DNA of 64,000 nt from Macrostomum lignano (lineage: Eukaryota): assembly GCA_002269645.1 (NCBI GenBank), contig NIVC01001363.1, positions 1 through 64,000 on the forward strand, given 5' to 3'. The notes beneath the pieces were generated by a model. The model was not told the origin of the DNA, did no database searches, and was given only the letters and a program-made list of their open reading frames with translations. This document shows positions 14,076-28,312 of this stretch, in pieces. The position numbers were made by a program, and so were the translations under genes. Position 1 is the stretch's first letter. Each line of letters starts with the position of its first letter.

Positions 14076-14526
14076 GAGGTTGGGAAGGAGAGGGGAAGAG
14101 GAGTCACCCTCGCCGCATTCCAGGCTTATCTGACCCTGGGCATCTCTCAGTCCGGACCGTGGCAATAAATTCGCCTGGCCTTAGTGACGGCCCGGCAGGG
14201 CAGGGTGGGGGGAGGGCAGCAGCCGTTAGCGAGGTGCGGCGCAGCTAGCTGTGAAGGCAAAACATTGGATCGTATCGGATGCAGGCAGCTTCAGGGCAAC
14301 GAATTGGTGGTGGTGGGACGGGGGTGGACCGTGTAAAATCAGACACACGGGGTGTGTGGAAAATGTCTATATAATCTAGTGTATAAGTTTTCCTGACTAC
14401 CATAAGTGACAATGACAAGAATGGTTAGGATAGTATGGGAAAATTGATACTTGATTTATGATGGGATTTTGAGATATGATTGGGAATTTGGGTGAGAAAG
14501 TATATATAATTAAGGAATGTTCAGTG

Positions 14527-15050
14527 AAGAGGGTAGGGAGAGGTGGGTAGAGAGAGGTGGATAGAGAGAGGAGGGTATAGAGGAGGGTAAAGAGAGGAGG
14601 GTAGAAAGGAGGGTAGGGAGGAGGGTAGATAGGAGGGTAGAGAAAGGAGGATAGAGAGGAAGGTAGAGAGAGAGGAGGGTAGAGAGGAGGGTGGAGAGGA
14701 GGGTAGGGAGAGGATGGTAGAGAGAGGAGGGTAAAGAGGAGGGTAGAGAGGAGGGTAGGGAGGAGGGTAGGGAGGAGGGTAGGGAGAGGAGGGTAGGGAG
14801 AGGAGGGTAGAGAGGAGGGTGGAGAGGAGGTAGAGAGGAGGGTAGGGAGGAGGGTAGGAGGAGGGTAGAGAGGAGGGTAGAGAGGAGGGTAGAGAGGAGG
14901 TAGAGAGGAGGGTAGGAGAGGAGGGGTAGGGAGAGGAGGGTAGGGAGAGGAGGGTAGGGAGAGGAGGTAGGGAGAGGAGGGTAGGGAGAGGAGGGTAGGG
15001 AGAGGAGGGTAGAGAGGAGGGTAGAGAGGAGGGAGAGAGAGGAGGGCAGA
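14527..15050. repeat. purine-rich degenerate minisatellite (GAGAGGAGGGTAG-like)
   Basis: Tandem periodicity of about 12-13 bp. Confidence 0.9.
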
Positions 15051-15235
15051 TGGAGGCAGTCAAGTTTGCAGGAATAGTGAGGCGGTAATGAGCGTCAGAA
15101 AGTTAAATAAGCGAACTCTCCCCGTGACTGGGGGTGACTTGACGGCAACAGAGAAGAGTTGAAAGACGGCAGAACTGAGGAATGAGAAGAATCGCCATCA
15201 ATAACAGTGAGTAGCACTATTGTTCGGCAACTCAC

Positions 15236-15349
15236 AATAAATCCGCGGTACCACTGTTTGATCTGCTTCTTAGTAAAGTTGGTATTAGTCATTAGGAACT
15301 GCATGTCCTCCTTTGGCAGTTTTTTTCTTGGCCCGATGGCGTTTCCCAT
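15236..15349 (-). CDS. first coding exon of a neuronal calcium sensor (NCS/frequenin/neurocalcin family, NCS-2-like EF-hand protein)
   Basis: MGNAIGPRKKLPKEDMQFLMTNTNFTKKQIKQWYRGFI matches the NCS N-terminus (MG...KL.KED..FL..NT.F....IK.WY.GF). Phase-0 GTGAGT donor at 15235; a TTTTTCAG acceptor lies 24 nt upstream of the ATG. The EF-hand exons were not found. Confidence 0.9.
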
Positions 15350-15578
15350 TGCTTGGCTGCTCCGAGAGTTCAGCTGAAAAATAAATGCTGTTCGCTGTGC
15401 AGGAGGGGAGCTGCCGCACTGCCAGCCTTACCCCCCTATTTATACTGCACAGGCCTTTCTGGCACCCCGTGCGTCTCTCTCCCGAGAGAGGAGGAAGTGG
15501 CCGGTCTGTGGGTGCAAGGGAGGTCCCTGATCCCCTCGTCCAATCCTTCCAATAGTTTCCCATTTGATTGGGACTGGC

Positions 15579-15581
<3 letters not shown>

Positions 15582-15629
<48 letters not shown>

Positions 15630-15650
15630 TCTCTCTCTCTCTCTCTCTCT
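15582..15650. repeat. (CT)n microsatellite
   Basis: Dinucleotide run. Confidence 0.98.
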
Positions 15651-15885
15651 GTCCGTATTCCAAAGCCGCAGAGCTTTCGGACAGAGCGTCCGGAGTGTGG
15701 AAACTTCGAATCAAGGAGTGCCAGACGAAGCTCTCTGGAGCGTTTGGCAAGCGCGGAGGGTCCATGATCAAACACAACTCCTGTGGGCGAATCTATGGAA
15801 GATGTGACCTTAGTAGTGACCTTAGATGTGACCTTAGTTCTTTCCCTATGTTCCATAGAATCTACTCTGACTTTAAAATTTAAAG

Positions 15886-16286
15886 TGGAGAAGCAGAGGG
15901 GAGAAGCAGAGGGGGAGAAGCAGAGGGGGAGAAGCAGAGGGGGAGAAGCAGAGGGGGGGAAGCAGAGGGGGGGAAGCAGAGGGGAGAAGCAGAGGGGAAG
16001 AAGCAGAGGGGGAGAAGCAGAGGGGGAGAAGCAGAGGGGAGAAGCAGAGGGGGGAAGCAGAGGGGAAGAAGCAGAGGGGAGAAGCAGAGGGGAGAAGCAG
16101 AGGGGGGGAAGCAGAGGGGGGGAAGCAGAGGGGAGAAGCAGAGGGGGGGGAAGCAGAGGGGGAAGCAGAGGAGGAGAAGCAGAGGGAGAAGCAGAGGGGA
16201 GAAGCAGAGGGGAAGAAGCAGAGGGGGAGAAGCAGAGGGGGAGAAGCAGAGGGGGAAAGCAGAGGGGGAGAAGCAGAGGGGGAGAA
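15886..16286. repeat. about 13-bp minisatellite GAAGCAGAGGGG(G), copy 2
   Basis: Same unit and orientation as 13455-14075. Confidence 0.95.
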
Positions 16287-16654
16287 GCTCTTCCCATGTT
16301 GATCGGAGTCAGAGGGGGCTAAAATGCATAGGTGTACACACACACACACGCACACACCAAAAGTTCACTTTGCAACTGATTGCCAGCGGGACAGCGTCTG
16401 TAAAACGGGCGCCGCAGCGGCTTTCCTCGTTTTTTCCCGTTCCCATTTCGCATCCCCAATTGAGGATTCTGGGCTGGCAGCAGCAGCTTCCTTGCTCCCC
16501 TAACTCCTTCCCCATCAGAGTGTGCCTTGTTGTTGGGGCCGGGACAAGCATTGAAAGAATTGACTGAAGAAAACAGGGAGGGGGGGCAGACAGGCAGTCA
16601 AAAGAGGGAGCGAGCGGTGTGTGGTTTTATAAGCGGAAATGATTCTCACCTTCG

Positions 16655-17570
16655 TCTCTCACCCAGTCTCTCACCCAGTTCTCTCACCCTGTCTCTCACC
16701 CTGTCTCTCACCCTGTCTCTCCCCACTTGTCTCTCACCCTGTCTCTCACCCTGTCTCTCACCCTGTCTCTCACCCTGTCTCTCACCTGTCTCTCAACCTG
16801 TCTCTCACCCAGTCTCTCACCCAGTCTCTCACCCAGTCTCTCACCCTGTCTCTCACCCTGTCTCTCACCCTGTCTCTCACCCTGTCTCTCACCCTGTCTC
16901 TCACCCAGTCTCTCACCCAGTCTCTCACCCTGTCTCTCACCCAGTCTCTCACCCTGTCTCTCACCCAGTCTCTCACCCTGTCTCTCACCCTGTCTCTCAC
17001 CCTGTCTCTCACCCTGTCTCTCACCCTGTCTCTCACCCTGTCTCTCACCCTGTCTCTCACCCTGTCCTCTCACCCTGTCCTCTCATCCTGCCTTTCACAC
17101 CTGTCTCTCACCTGTCTCTCAACCTGTCTCTCACCCAGTCTCTCACCCAGTCTCTCACCCAGTCTCTCACCCTGTCTCTCACCCTGTCTCTCACCCTGTC
17201 TCTCACCCTGTCTCTCCCCTGTCTCTCACCCTGTCTCTCACCCAGTCTCTCACCCTGTCTCTCACCCTGTCTCTCACCCTGTCTCTCACCCTGTCTCTCA
17301 CCCTGTCTCTCACCCTGTCTCTCACCCTGTCTCTCACCCAGTCTCTCACCCTGTCTCTCACCCTGTCTCTCACCCTGTCTCTCACCCTGTCTCTCACCCT
17401 GTCTCTCACCCTGTCTCTCACCCTGTCTTCTCACCCAGTCTCTCACCCTGTCTCTCACCCTGTCTCTCACCCTGTCTCTCACCCTGTCTCTCACCCTGTC
17501 TCTCACCCTGTCTCTCACCCTGTCTCTCACCCTGTCTCTCACCCTGTCTCTCACCCAGTCTCTCATCCAG
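16655..17570. repeat. 12-bp minisatellite CTCTCACCCTGT
   Basis: Tandem periodicity; the reverse-complement array is at 21572-22616. Confidence 0.96.
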
Positions 17571-18682
17571 GCCTTATACCTGGATTAAAAATTTAAAATC
17601 AACACACTCGTAAAAACGTCACTTCAGTCAGGCAGAAACTTGCAAAAAGAATTATTTTATATAAAGTTATTTTTTTCCCAGGTGCAACTGAGAGCGCAGC
17701 TGTAGCGACTGCTTACCTGTGTCCCCTATTCACTTTTCAGCCCTTTACCCAGCCGCAAACCTCCCCGTGCAAGGCCTTCTAAAAGCAATAGGGTTATTGC
17801 TAGCAGCTGCTGCGCTGTGCCCTGCATTCCCCTCCGAAGCAGGCGTCTGCTCAAGGCGAGATCAATAGGAGCCAGGCAATGCAGTTCGCCCACTTAGCGC
17901 TCTCGATTTCACTTTCAAAGCTTAAAGGCGGTGAAGTGAAACCAAAAACTCTTGCAACAACTCCAGCAGTTTCTCTCCTCCGTATTTCCCCATGGCAACC
18001 TGGCGCCAGGGCTGTAAAAGTTGCTGATTTCACAATGCTAAAATGCGTGCTTTTCTGAACGCATCCGAACTGCTTGTAGTTCTGGCATTTGGCAATACAA
18101 CAATGGAGCCCTGGTACAACCTTTGGCGGGTTTGGCATCATTGGGTTTGAATTAGCACGACCAAGCCCCAAATGAAGGAACCGAATCCCGATGCGCGGCT
18201 ATTACAAGTATTGCAAGAGTCTCATGAGCACACTTGGAGTTACAGAGAAGCTCAGGAAGTTTACTTCCGGGCAATCCAAAGTAATTCTGATGCGCTGCAA
18301 TTACAACGTATATATATGGCGTATTTCACAACTCGCGACTCCGTCACTGCCACAAAAATACACAGGCCGCTCACCAACCGATGGCGGCGACCTTCGTCTT
18401 CTTCTCGCTCCTGTCTCGACTCCAAATAAAAACGATCCGCCCGCATCCGGTCCAGCGCGATCCCGCAGCTCCCCATCCGCCCCCGGCTTTCAGATTAGGG
18501 AGATGAAATGCGAGCGTCTGCTGCACTCAATGCAGTGCCCTGCGGCGGGGTCGCGCCCGGCTCTTGATAGCTATGGAGCATGGCGTGCGCTGTGCCAGCT
18601 GAGTCGCTCCACATCCTCCTCTGCCTCCCCCCCCCCACTCGCGACAAGCATAGCGAGGGGGCGGGGCGTTCAATTGCGACTA

Positions 18683-20188
<1,506 letters not shown>

Positions 20189-20635
20189 AAGTTTCCTTGT
20201 CCAGATGCCCAGCAGTGCCAACTGCTTCCCAATTGCAACACAAGAAAGCAACGACAGGCTGCATAATGTAAAAGGAGACCGCGGTGCTGCAGGGATAAAT
20301 TAATTTGCATAAATTTAGCTAGTAGAAGAGAGATGACCTGCTTCCAATCTCGTGTCCTCACATGGAAGCAGGACAGTTACCAGACCGATGCGAGCTGTGA
20401 GAGGCATTTCCAGCAGTTAAAGTACATTTTATTAGAATATTTAACAGCTATAGTTCGCTGTAGCTCGTAGTTTAGGTGTTCAGTTTAGTTGATTCAGACT
20501 ATGCTACCGAATCCGAGAAACTAGTAGTAAATAGCGGACTTCAATGCACTGCAGCCTTGAACTATATAATCTATAATCTATTTGTAATATCATGTCCGTT
20601 TTAATAGCTGAAAGGGTTAATTAATTCGCAAACTA

Positions 20636-21185
20636 GAGAGGCAGAGAGGAGAGAGGAGAGAGAAAAGTGGAGAGGAGAGAGGAGAGAGGTGAGGTGAGAG
20701 GAGAGTGCAGAAAGGAGCGGAGAGAGGAGAGGAGAGAGGAGAGAGGAGAGGGGAGAGAAGAGAGGAGAAAGGAGAAAGGAGAAAGGAGAGAGGAGAGTGG
20801 AGAAAGGAGCGGAGAGAGGAGAGGAGAGAGGAGAGGGGAGAGGAGGGAGGAGAGAGGAGAAAGGAGAGAGTAGAGAGGAGAGAGGAGACAGGAGAGGAGA
20901 GAGGAGAGAGGAGAGAGGAGAGGGGAGAGGAGAGAGGTGAGGAGAGAGGAGAGAGGAGAGAGGAGAGAGGAGAGAGGAGAGAGCAGAGCAGAGAGGAGAG
21001 TGGAGAGTGGAGAAAGGAGCGGAGAGAGGAGAGGAGAGAGGAGAGGAGAGGAGAGGATAGAGGAGAGAGGAGAAAGGAGAGAGAAGAGAGGAGAGCAGAG
21101 AGGAGAGAGGAGAGAGGAGAGAGGAGAAAGGAGAAAGAAGAGAGGAGAGCAGAGAGGAGAGTGGAGAGAGGAGAGAGAAGAGAAG
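20636..21185. repeat. GA-rich degenerate repeat (GAGAGGA-like)
   Basis: Low-complexity purine tract. Confidence 0.9.
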
Positions 21186-21571
21186 CCCCATGTAAACCAG
21201 CAGGCAAAACACACTGCCAACTGCATTCACAACAATCAGCTTTCATGACCGTATGAAACGAGAAACGGCAGTATTATTAAATTATCGACTGTTATTTTCA
21301 TTTTATGATTCTCTCACTTGCTGGCGAAGCTGCAAGCCTGCAATCTGTGTAGCGAGTCGAGCAGCCCTGGGTGGAACAGAACAAAATGCTTGTAGCGTTC
21401 TGCTAGTCAAGCCAGCAGGCCACACAGCCAGCAGATCAAGTAGCTATTCGAATTTCTGCTTGTTCAAGAAGCCCCTGCTGCAGCCAAACTGTGCATTGCG
21501 ACGTCAAGGAGATTTGAATACAGAATTTAGAGTGAAATTTTCAAGAACGTTTAAGCACGTCTCAGAACGTC

Positions 21572-22616
21572 TCAGACAGGGTGAGAGACAGGGTGAGAGA
21601 CTGGGTGAGAGACAGGGTGAGAGACAGGGTGAGAGACAAGCTGAGAGACAGGGTGAGAGACAGGGTGAGAGACTGGGTGAGAGACAGGGTGAGAGCAGGA
21701 GTGAGAGACTGGGTGAGAGAAGGGTGAGAGACGGGTGAGAGACAGGTAAGAGACAGGGTGAGAGACTGAGGAGACTGAGAGACAGGGTGGAGACAGGGTG
21801 AGAGACTGAGAGACTGAGAGACAGGGTGAGAGAGAGAGACAGGTGTGAGAGACAGGGTGAGAGACTTGAGAGACTGGGTAGAGACAGGGTGAGAGAGACA
21901 GGGTGGAGAGACAAGCTGAGAGACATGGGTGAGAGACAGGGTGAGAGGCAGGGTGAGAGACACTGTGCAGCGACGTGAAGGAGGACAGACAGAGTGACAA
22001 GAACGTGAGAGAGAACGTGACAGTGAGACAGGGTGAGAGACTGGTGAGAGACAGGGTGAGAGACAGGGTGAGAGACAAGCTGAGAGACAGGGTGAGAGAC
22101 AGGGTGAGAGACTGGGTGAGAGACAGGGTGAGAGACTGGGTGAGAGAACGGGAGAGAGACAGGGTGAGAGACTGGGTGAGAGACAGGGTGAGAGACTGGG
22201 TGAGAGACAGGGTAAGAGACAGGGTGAGAGACAGGGTGAGAGACTGGGTTAGAGACAGGGTGAGAGACAGGGTGAGAGACAAGCTGAGAGACTGGGTGAG
22301 AGACAGGGTGAGAGGCAGGGTGAGAGACAGGGTGAGAGACAGGGTGAGAGACAGGGGGACAGACAGGGTGAGAGACTGGGTGAGAGACAGGGTGAGAGAC
22401 AGGGGGACAGACAGGGTGAGGGACAGGGTGAGAGACAGGGGGACAGACAGGGTGAGAGACAGGAGTGAGAGGCTGGGTGAGAGGCAGGGTGAGAGACAGG
22501 GTGAGAGACAGGGGGACAGACAGGGTGAGAGACAGGGTGAGAGACACGGTGAGAGACAGGGGGACAGACAGGGTGAGAGACAGGAGTGAGAGGCTGGGTG
22601 AGACAGATGGAGACAC
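21572..22616. repeat. 12-bp minisatellite ACAGGGTGAGAG (reverse complement of the 16655-17570 unit)
   Basis: Tandem periodicity, with a short interruption near 21960-22020. Confidence 0.95.
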
Positions 22617-23049
22617 ACCGTATAAGAGTTAAAGGCAACTCCAGATAGCAGATCCGTGGTACTCGTAGGCCTGCTTGGTTCCTTCACTTTCTTGGATATT
22701 AATTTCAAGATGTAGAAAAATATGGAAAAGGAAATGTAATATTGCGCCCCACAGACACTGAGACACCGAGACAGGGTATGCAAATGAGAAAGTTCATCTC
22801 TGTTTAACATTGTAAACAGTCTTTCAGTGCGACACTGACTGTTGACAAAGTTTTTTTCGGATGCATAGACTGTGGTGCTGGCAATAATGTAGGTAAACCT
22901 TTCCGCTTGGAATCTACTTTTTTGTAGCCATCTTAGTGTGCATGCCGAATGGCTCCTGTGGATACCGCAGAGCCACAGGGGGAGAAGAGACAAGAATCGA
23001 AGACAGGAGGAGAAGACAAGATTGGAGAGACAAAAGAGAAGATAGGAAG

Positions 23050-24795
23050 AGAGAGACAGAAGGGAACACATGATCAGAGGAGATAGGAAGGGAAGACAGG
23101 AAGGGAGAGACAGGAAGGGAGAGACAGGAAGGGAGAGACAGGAAGGGAGAGACAGGAAGGGAGAGACAGGAAGGGAGAGACAGGAAGGGAGAGACAGGAA
23201 GGGAGAGACAGGAAGGGAGAGACAGGAAGGGAGAGACAGGAAGGGAGACACAGGAAGAGAAGGCAGGAAGGGAGAGACAGGAAGGGAGAGACAGGAAGGG
23301 AGAGACAGGAAGGGAGAGACAGGAAGGGAGAGACAGGAAGGGAGAGACAGGAAGGGAAGACAGGAAGGGAAGGCAGGAAGGGAGAGACAGAAGGGAAGAC
23401 AGGAAGGGAAGGCAGGAAGGGAGAGACAGAAGGGAAGACAGGAAGGGAAGACAGAAGGGAAGACAGGAAGGGAAGACAGGAAGGGAGAGACAGGAAGGGA
23501 GAGACAGGAAGGGAGAGACAGGAAGGGAGAGACAGGAAGGGAGAGACAGGAAGGGAGAGACAGGAAGGGAGAGACAGGAAGGGAGACACAGGAAGAGAAG
23601 GCAGGAAGGGAGAGACAGGAAGGGAGAGACAGGAAGGGAGAGACAGGAAGGGAGAGACAGGAAGGGAGAGACAGGAAGGGAGAGACAGGAAGGGAGAGAC
23701 AGGAAGGGAGAGACAGGAAGGGAGAGACAGGAAGGGAGAGACAGGAAGGGAGACACAGGAAGAGAAGGCAGGAAGGGAGAGACAGGAAGGGAGAGACAGG
23801 AAGGGAGAGACAGGAAGGGAGAGACAGGAAGGGAGAGACAGGAAGGGAGAGACAGGAAGGGAGAGACAGAAGGGAACACAGGATCAGGAGATAGGAAGGG
23901 AAGACAGGAAGGGAAGACAGGAAGAGAAGACAGGAAGGGAAGACAGGAAGGGAAGACCGGAAAGGAAGTCAGGAAAGGAAGTCAGGAAGGGAAGACATGA
24001 AGGGAAGACAGGAAGGGAAGACAGAAAAGAAAGTCAGGAAAGGAAGTCAGGAAGGGAGACACAGGAAGGGAGAGACAGAAGGGAAGGCAGGAAGGGAAGA
24101 CAGGAAGGGAAGACAGGAAGAGAAGGCAGGAAGGGAGAGACAGAAGGGAAGACAGGAAGGGAGAGACAGGAAGGGAGAGACAGAAGGGAAGGCAGGAAGG
24201 GAAGACAGGAAGGGAAGGCAGGAAGGGAGAGACAGAAGGGAAGACAGGAAGGGAAGACAGGAAGGGAGAGACAGAAGGGAAGACAGGAAGGGAAGACAGA
24301 AAGGGAGAGACAGGAAGGGAGAGACGGGAAGGGAGAGACAGGAAGAGAAGGAAGGAAGGAAGAGACAGAAGGGAAGACAGGAAGGGAAGACAGGAAGGGA
24401 GAGACAGGAAGGGAGAGACAGAAGGGAAGACAGGAAGGGAAGGCAGGAAGGGAGAGACAGAAGGGAAGACAGGAAGGGAAGGCAGGAAGGGAGAGACAGA
24501 AGGGAAGACAGGAAGGGAAGACAGAAGGGAAGACAGGAAGGGAAGACAGGAAGGGAGAGACAGGAAGGGAGAGACAGGAAGGGAGAGACAGGAAGAGAAG
24601 GCAGGAAGGGAGAGACAGGAAGGGAGAGACAGGAAGAGAAGGCAGGAAGGGAGAGACAGGAAGGGAGAGACAGGAAGAGAAGGCAGGAAGGGAGAGACAG
24701 AAGGGAAGACAGGAAGGGAAGACAGGAAGGGAAGACAGGAAGGGAGACACAGGAAGAGAAGGCAGGAAGGGAGAGACAGAAGGGAAGACAGAAAG
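23050..24795. repeat. 12-16-bp purine-rich minisatellite GACAGGAAGGGA(GAGA)
   Basis: Tandem periodicity. Confidence 0.95.
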
Positions 24796-25064
24796 GGCAT
24801 GTAGACAGAATGTATGTATTCAGACATGTAGACTGAAAGAGACGGAGGAAATGACGCAGGAGGGAAACAGAGGGAGAGATCTACTAAAAATGAGGGTAGG
24901 AAGAGTGACAGAAGTTCGTACGCAGATTTTGACAGCATGCAGTGTTTCTACGCTCGTATATAGCTCATCAGATCTATAGTTGTCAGGATTACTTCAAGAG
25001 ACCATTTGACGCCATTTCCCCGCTGCTAGTTCAAACTCTAACTAAAAGAAGCCCATGCTTTCCG

Positions 25065-25111
25065 CTAGCCAATCAGAGGGATTCCAGCTTAAAGTACAAG
25101 CCATTATAAAG
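25065..25111 (+). promoter_or_regulatory. putative core promoter of the ankyrin-repeat gene
   Basis: AGCCAATCAG (CCAAT at 25069) and TATAAA (25105-25110) lie about 50-90 nt upstream of the ATG at 25159. Confidence 0.45.
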
Positions 25112-25158
25112 TATCGCTAACGCTGAATGACGCCACCAGACGGACAAGACTGTGAGAA

Positions 25159-25455
25159 ATGCCGGCAGACTCGGAGCTCAGGCGGCAGCGGCTGTTTGAA
25201 GCCATTCGGGGCGGCGATCTTCGATCAGTTCGTCGACAGCTGATTGGCGCGGCGGCCAGACGGGATCTCGACAGTTTCATCGACGAGGACGGAGCGACAC
25301 CGCTGATGGCAGCTTGCGCGATCGGGCACCTGGCGATGGTGAAGCTGCTGGTCAGGCTGGGCGCCAGTGTCAGCACCTGCGACAGCATTGGCTGGGACCC
25401 GGTGACCACCGCCTGCTGGCATCATCAGCCGCGTGTGCTGGAGTTCCTGCTAGCG
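25159..25455 (+). CDS. first coding exon of an ankyrin-repeat protein
   Basis: LFEAIRGGDL...DEDGATPLMAACAIGHLAMVKLLVRLGASVSTCDSIGWDPVTTACWHHQPRVLEFLLA contains ankyrin consensus (G.TPL..A...GH...VK.L...GA). Phase-0 donor GCG|GTCAGG at 25456. Downstream exons were not identified. Confidence 0.85.
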
Positions 25456-25549
25456 GTCAGGCGGCTGCAGCACGCTCGGAACAGGCGCTACGCTTGAGGA
25501 CTGCGCGTTGGGACTTGGCTTGAATTTCACTACAGAGATGCACTTCAAG

Positions 25550-26480
25550 GAAGGGTGCTGAAGGATTGCGGGAGGGTGCTGAAGGATTGCGGGAGGGTGC
25601 TGAATGACCGGAGAGGTTGCTGAATGACCGGAGAGGTTGCTGAATGACAGGGGGAGGATGCTGAATGACCGGGGGAGGATGCTGAATGATCGGGGGAGGG
25701 TGCTGAATGATCGGGGAGGGTGCTGAATGATCGGGGGAGGGTGCTGAATGATCGGGGAGGGTGCTGAATGATCGGGGGAGGGTGCTGAATGATCGGGGGA
25801 GGGTGCTGAATGACCGGGGAGGTGCTGAATGACCGGGGAGGGTGCTGAATGATCGGGGGAGGGTGCTGAATGATCGGGGGAGGGTGCTGAATGACCGGGG
25901 AGGGTGCTGAATGACAGGGGGAGGGTGCTGAATGATCGGGGGAGGGTGCTGAATGACCGGGGGAGGGTGCTGAATGACCGGAGAGGTTGCTGAATGACAG
26001 GGGGAGGGTGCTGAATGATCGGGGGAGGGTGCTGAATGACCGGGGGAGGGTGCTGAATGACCGGGGAGGGTGCTGAATGACAGGGGAGGGTGCTGAATGA
26101 TCGGGGAGGGTGCTGAATGACCGGGGAGGGTGCTGAATGACCGGAGAGGTTGCTGAATGACAGGGGGAGGGTGCTGAATGATCGGGGAGGGTGCTGAATG
26201 ATCGGGGGAGGGTGCTGAATGATCGGGGGAGGGTGCTGAATGATCGGGGGAGGGTGCTGAAGGATCGGGCGAAGGTGATGAAGGATTGGAAGGATTAAGG
26301 AGGGTGCTGAAGGAGTAGGGAAGGTGCTGAATGATTGGGGGAGGGTGCTGAATGATCGGGGGAGGGTGCTGAAGGATCAAGCGAAGTTGATGAAGGATTG
26401 GAAGGATTAAGGAGGGTGCTGAAGGAGTAGGGAAGGTGCTGAATGATTGGGGGAGGGTGCTGAATGATCGGGGGAGGGTG
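25550..26480. repeat. 20-21-bp minisatellite GGGAGGGTGCTGAATGA(T/C)CGG
   Basis: Tandem periodicity; lies in intron 1 of the ankyrin gene. Confidence 0.95.
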
Positions 26481-27029
26481 CTGCAGGGTTGGGTGGTTGC
26501 CATTGAAGTGAGGACCGGAAATGCAGCCGTATTACACGTGAATGTTTGGAATGTACATGCCTATCCATCTCAAAGCTCTTTAACGCCACGTATACTTTTT
26601 AAAACAATTTTCATTGCAATATCGTTTCGAGCCTGCGCCCAATTACATTTATGTCTTCTTTTATATTACAAACTAATCTGTCTGCATGCGATGTCAGTCT
26701 GCTGCACTGCACATGCGCCATTCTGCACGCGCTGCAATATCTGATGAAAAATCGCCTAATGCAGGCAATTACGCTTGTACTTTAATGAAAGTGCACTATT
26801 TTAGTATTGGTTGCCATCAGGTACATGTATATACTGTTTGAATTTTACCTGATGAATTTGCCATCAGGTAAATGAATATACTGCTTGAATTTTAAACAAA
26901 CAAGAAAACGAATTCATAAGTAATTGCCTGTCAATTTCTTGAGGGACAGGCGAGTTACCTTCAGTGATTGCGTTAATTTCCATCGAGGGACCGCGGAGTC
27001 TAACCATTTGACTACCGAACGTAAACCTG

Positions 27030-27285
27030 ATCTAAGCCTAAGCTGAACCTTATATTACACTGTAAATCTAATTCCTAAACCCGTACCTGAATTCCTAAAC
27101 TCATACCAAAGTTCCTAAACCCAGACCTAAACCCATATCTAAACCCTTAACTAAACCCATACCTAAACCAATACCTAAAATCATATCTAAACCCTAAACA
27201 AAATCCAAACCTAAATCTAATTCCTAAACCGAAACCTGAACCCAAGTTTAAACCCTAATTCCTAATCCAAACCTAAACCCTAAAA
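27030..27285. repeat. degenerate C-strand telomere-like tract (CCTAAA / AACCCTAA)
   Basis: Many CCTAAAC, AAACCCTAA and TCCTAAAC units with irregular spacing. Confidence 0.6.
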
Positions 27286-28312
27286 ATTTGACAGTCAAAT
27301 TAAGCGCACCTGATGCACTACCCCTCTCAAATACATGTGATCGTACATGTGATGCAATGGAGACCATCATGGGTTTAAAGAAGGTCAAGGCGGTTAGAGA
27401 ACCCAGGAAACAACAGAAGTCTCTCTGTCTACGGTGCTAAAAGCCAAAAATAGCACAGAATCTCGCCTGCGGCGCTAAAATTTCAATTGAAATTCTACAT
27501 TGATTTGAGCCATCTTTGACCCTCAGTTTATCAGGTATCAGACAGTGCCTTCTTGGAATCTCGCATGTGAAACTGGAGAGTCAAAAAATTAGGTCAACAA
27601 GTCCGGCCCTCAGCTCTAACTGCGTCAGAATCACAATGCGACTGCGTGCCATCCCCAGAACAGCGGCAGTGCGGTTGCACTAAAGACCAAGTCTCATTCT
27701 AAAGCGACCTCGCTTTGCACTGCAGACGCAAAAACTTCAATTGCCCCCCCCCCCTGTTGCTTGAGCCGAACGATAAGCGTGCAGCTGTGCAACTATAAAT
27801 CAGTTTTATTTTCCATTTGGAATGCATAATATTCACGATGCTACTGACATATTAATATCATCAGCAAATAAAAGACACGAATTCATAAATTGATTTATCA
27901 ATATCAGTTCTCTTATCGAAACTCATAGGAAAAAATGTAAGTTTATCAAGTTGTAAGGGGGCGTAGCCTTTGCGGAGCCTAGCGCAGGCTCTGGTGTGCC
28001 AGCGGCGCAGGCTCGATTCCAAGTGCAGTCACATTAATTTGGGGCTGAATTGGAATCTCGGCTTGGCTCTGCTCGTGCAATTAACGGCCTTGAGGCCCAA
28101 CCCCAAGGCACAGTGAAGTGTACATGCCTAAAGATAAATAAAATAAGGGCCGCTGTACACTCCTGTGTGAGTGTGTGCCTGTGCATATGCCTGCGTACGT
28201 ATCCGCGCGCTTGTGTGCCTGCTCAGGGGAATCGGCGGAATGGGCAGTAATGCCTCTCGCCGGTTGTGACAATGTCGCACAGGATGGCGCCAGGATGCAC
28301 CACAGATACGAG

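Noticed and set aside
14080-14165. RDAQGQISLE as NCS exon 2
   Set aside because: Lacks the DCPxG motif and a suitable acceptor, and runs into a minisatellite.
17851-18171. THAP-like start HCCIAKCQNY...HF on the minus strand
   Set aside because: Lacks the conserved FP, W and C..HF elements of the THAP domain; probably chance.
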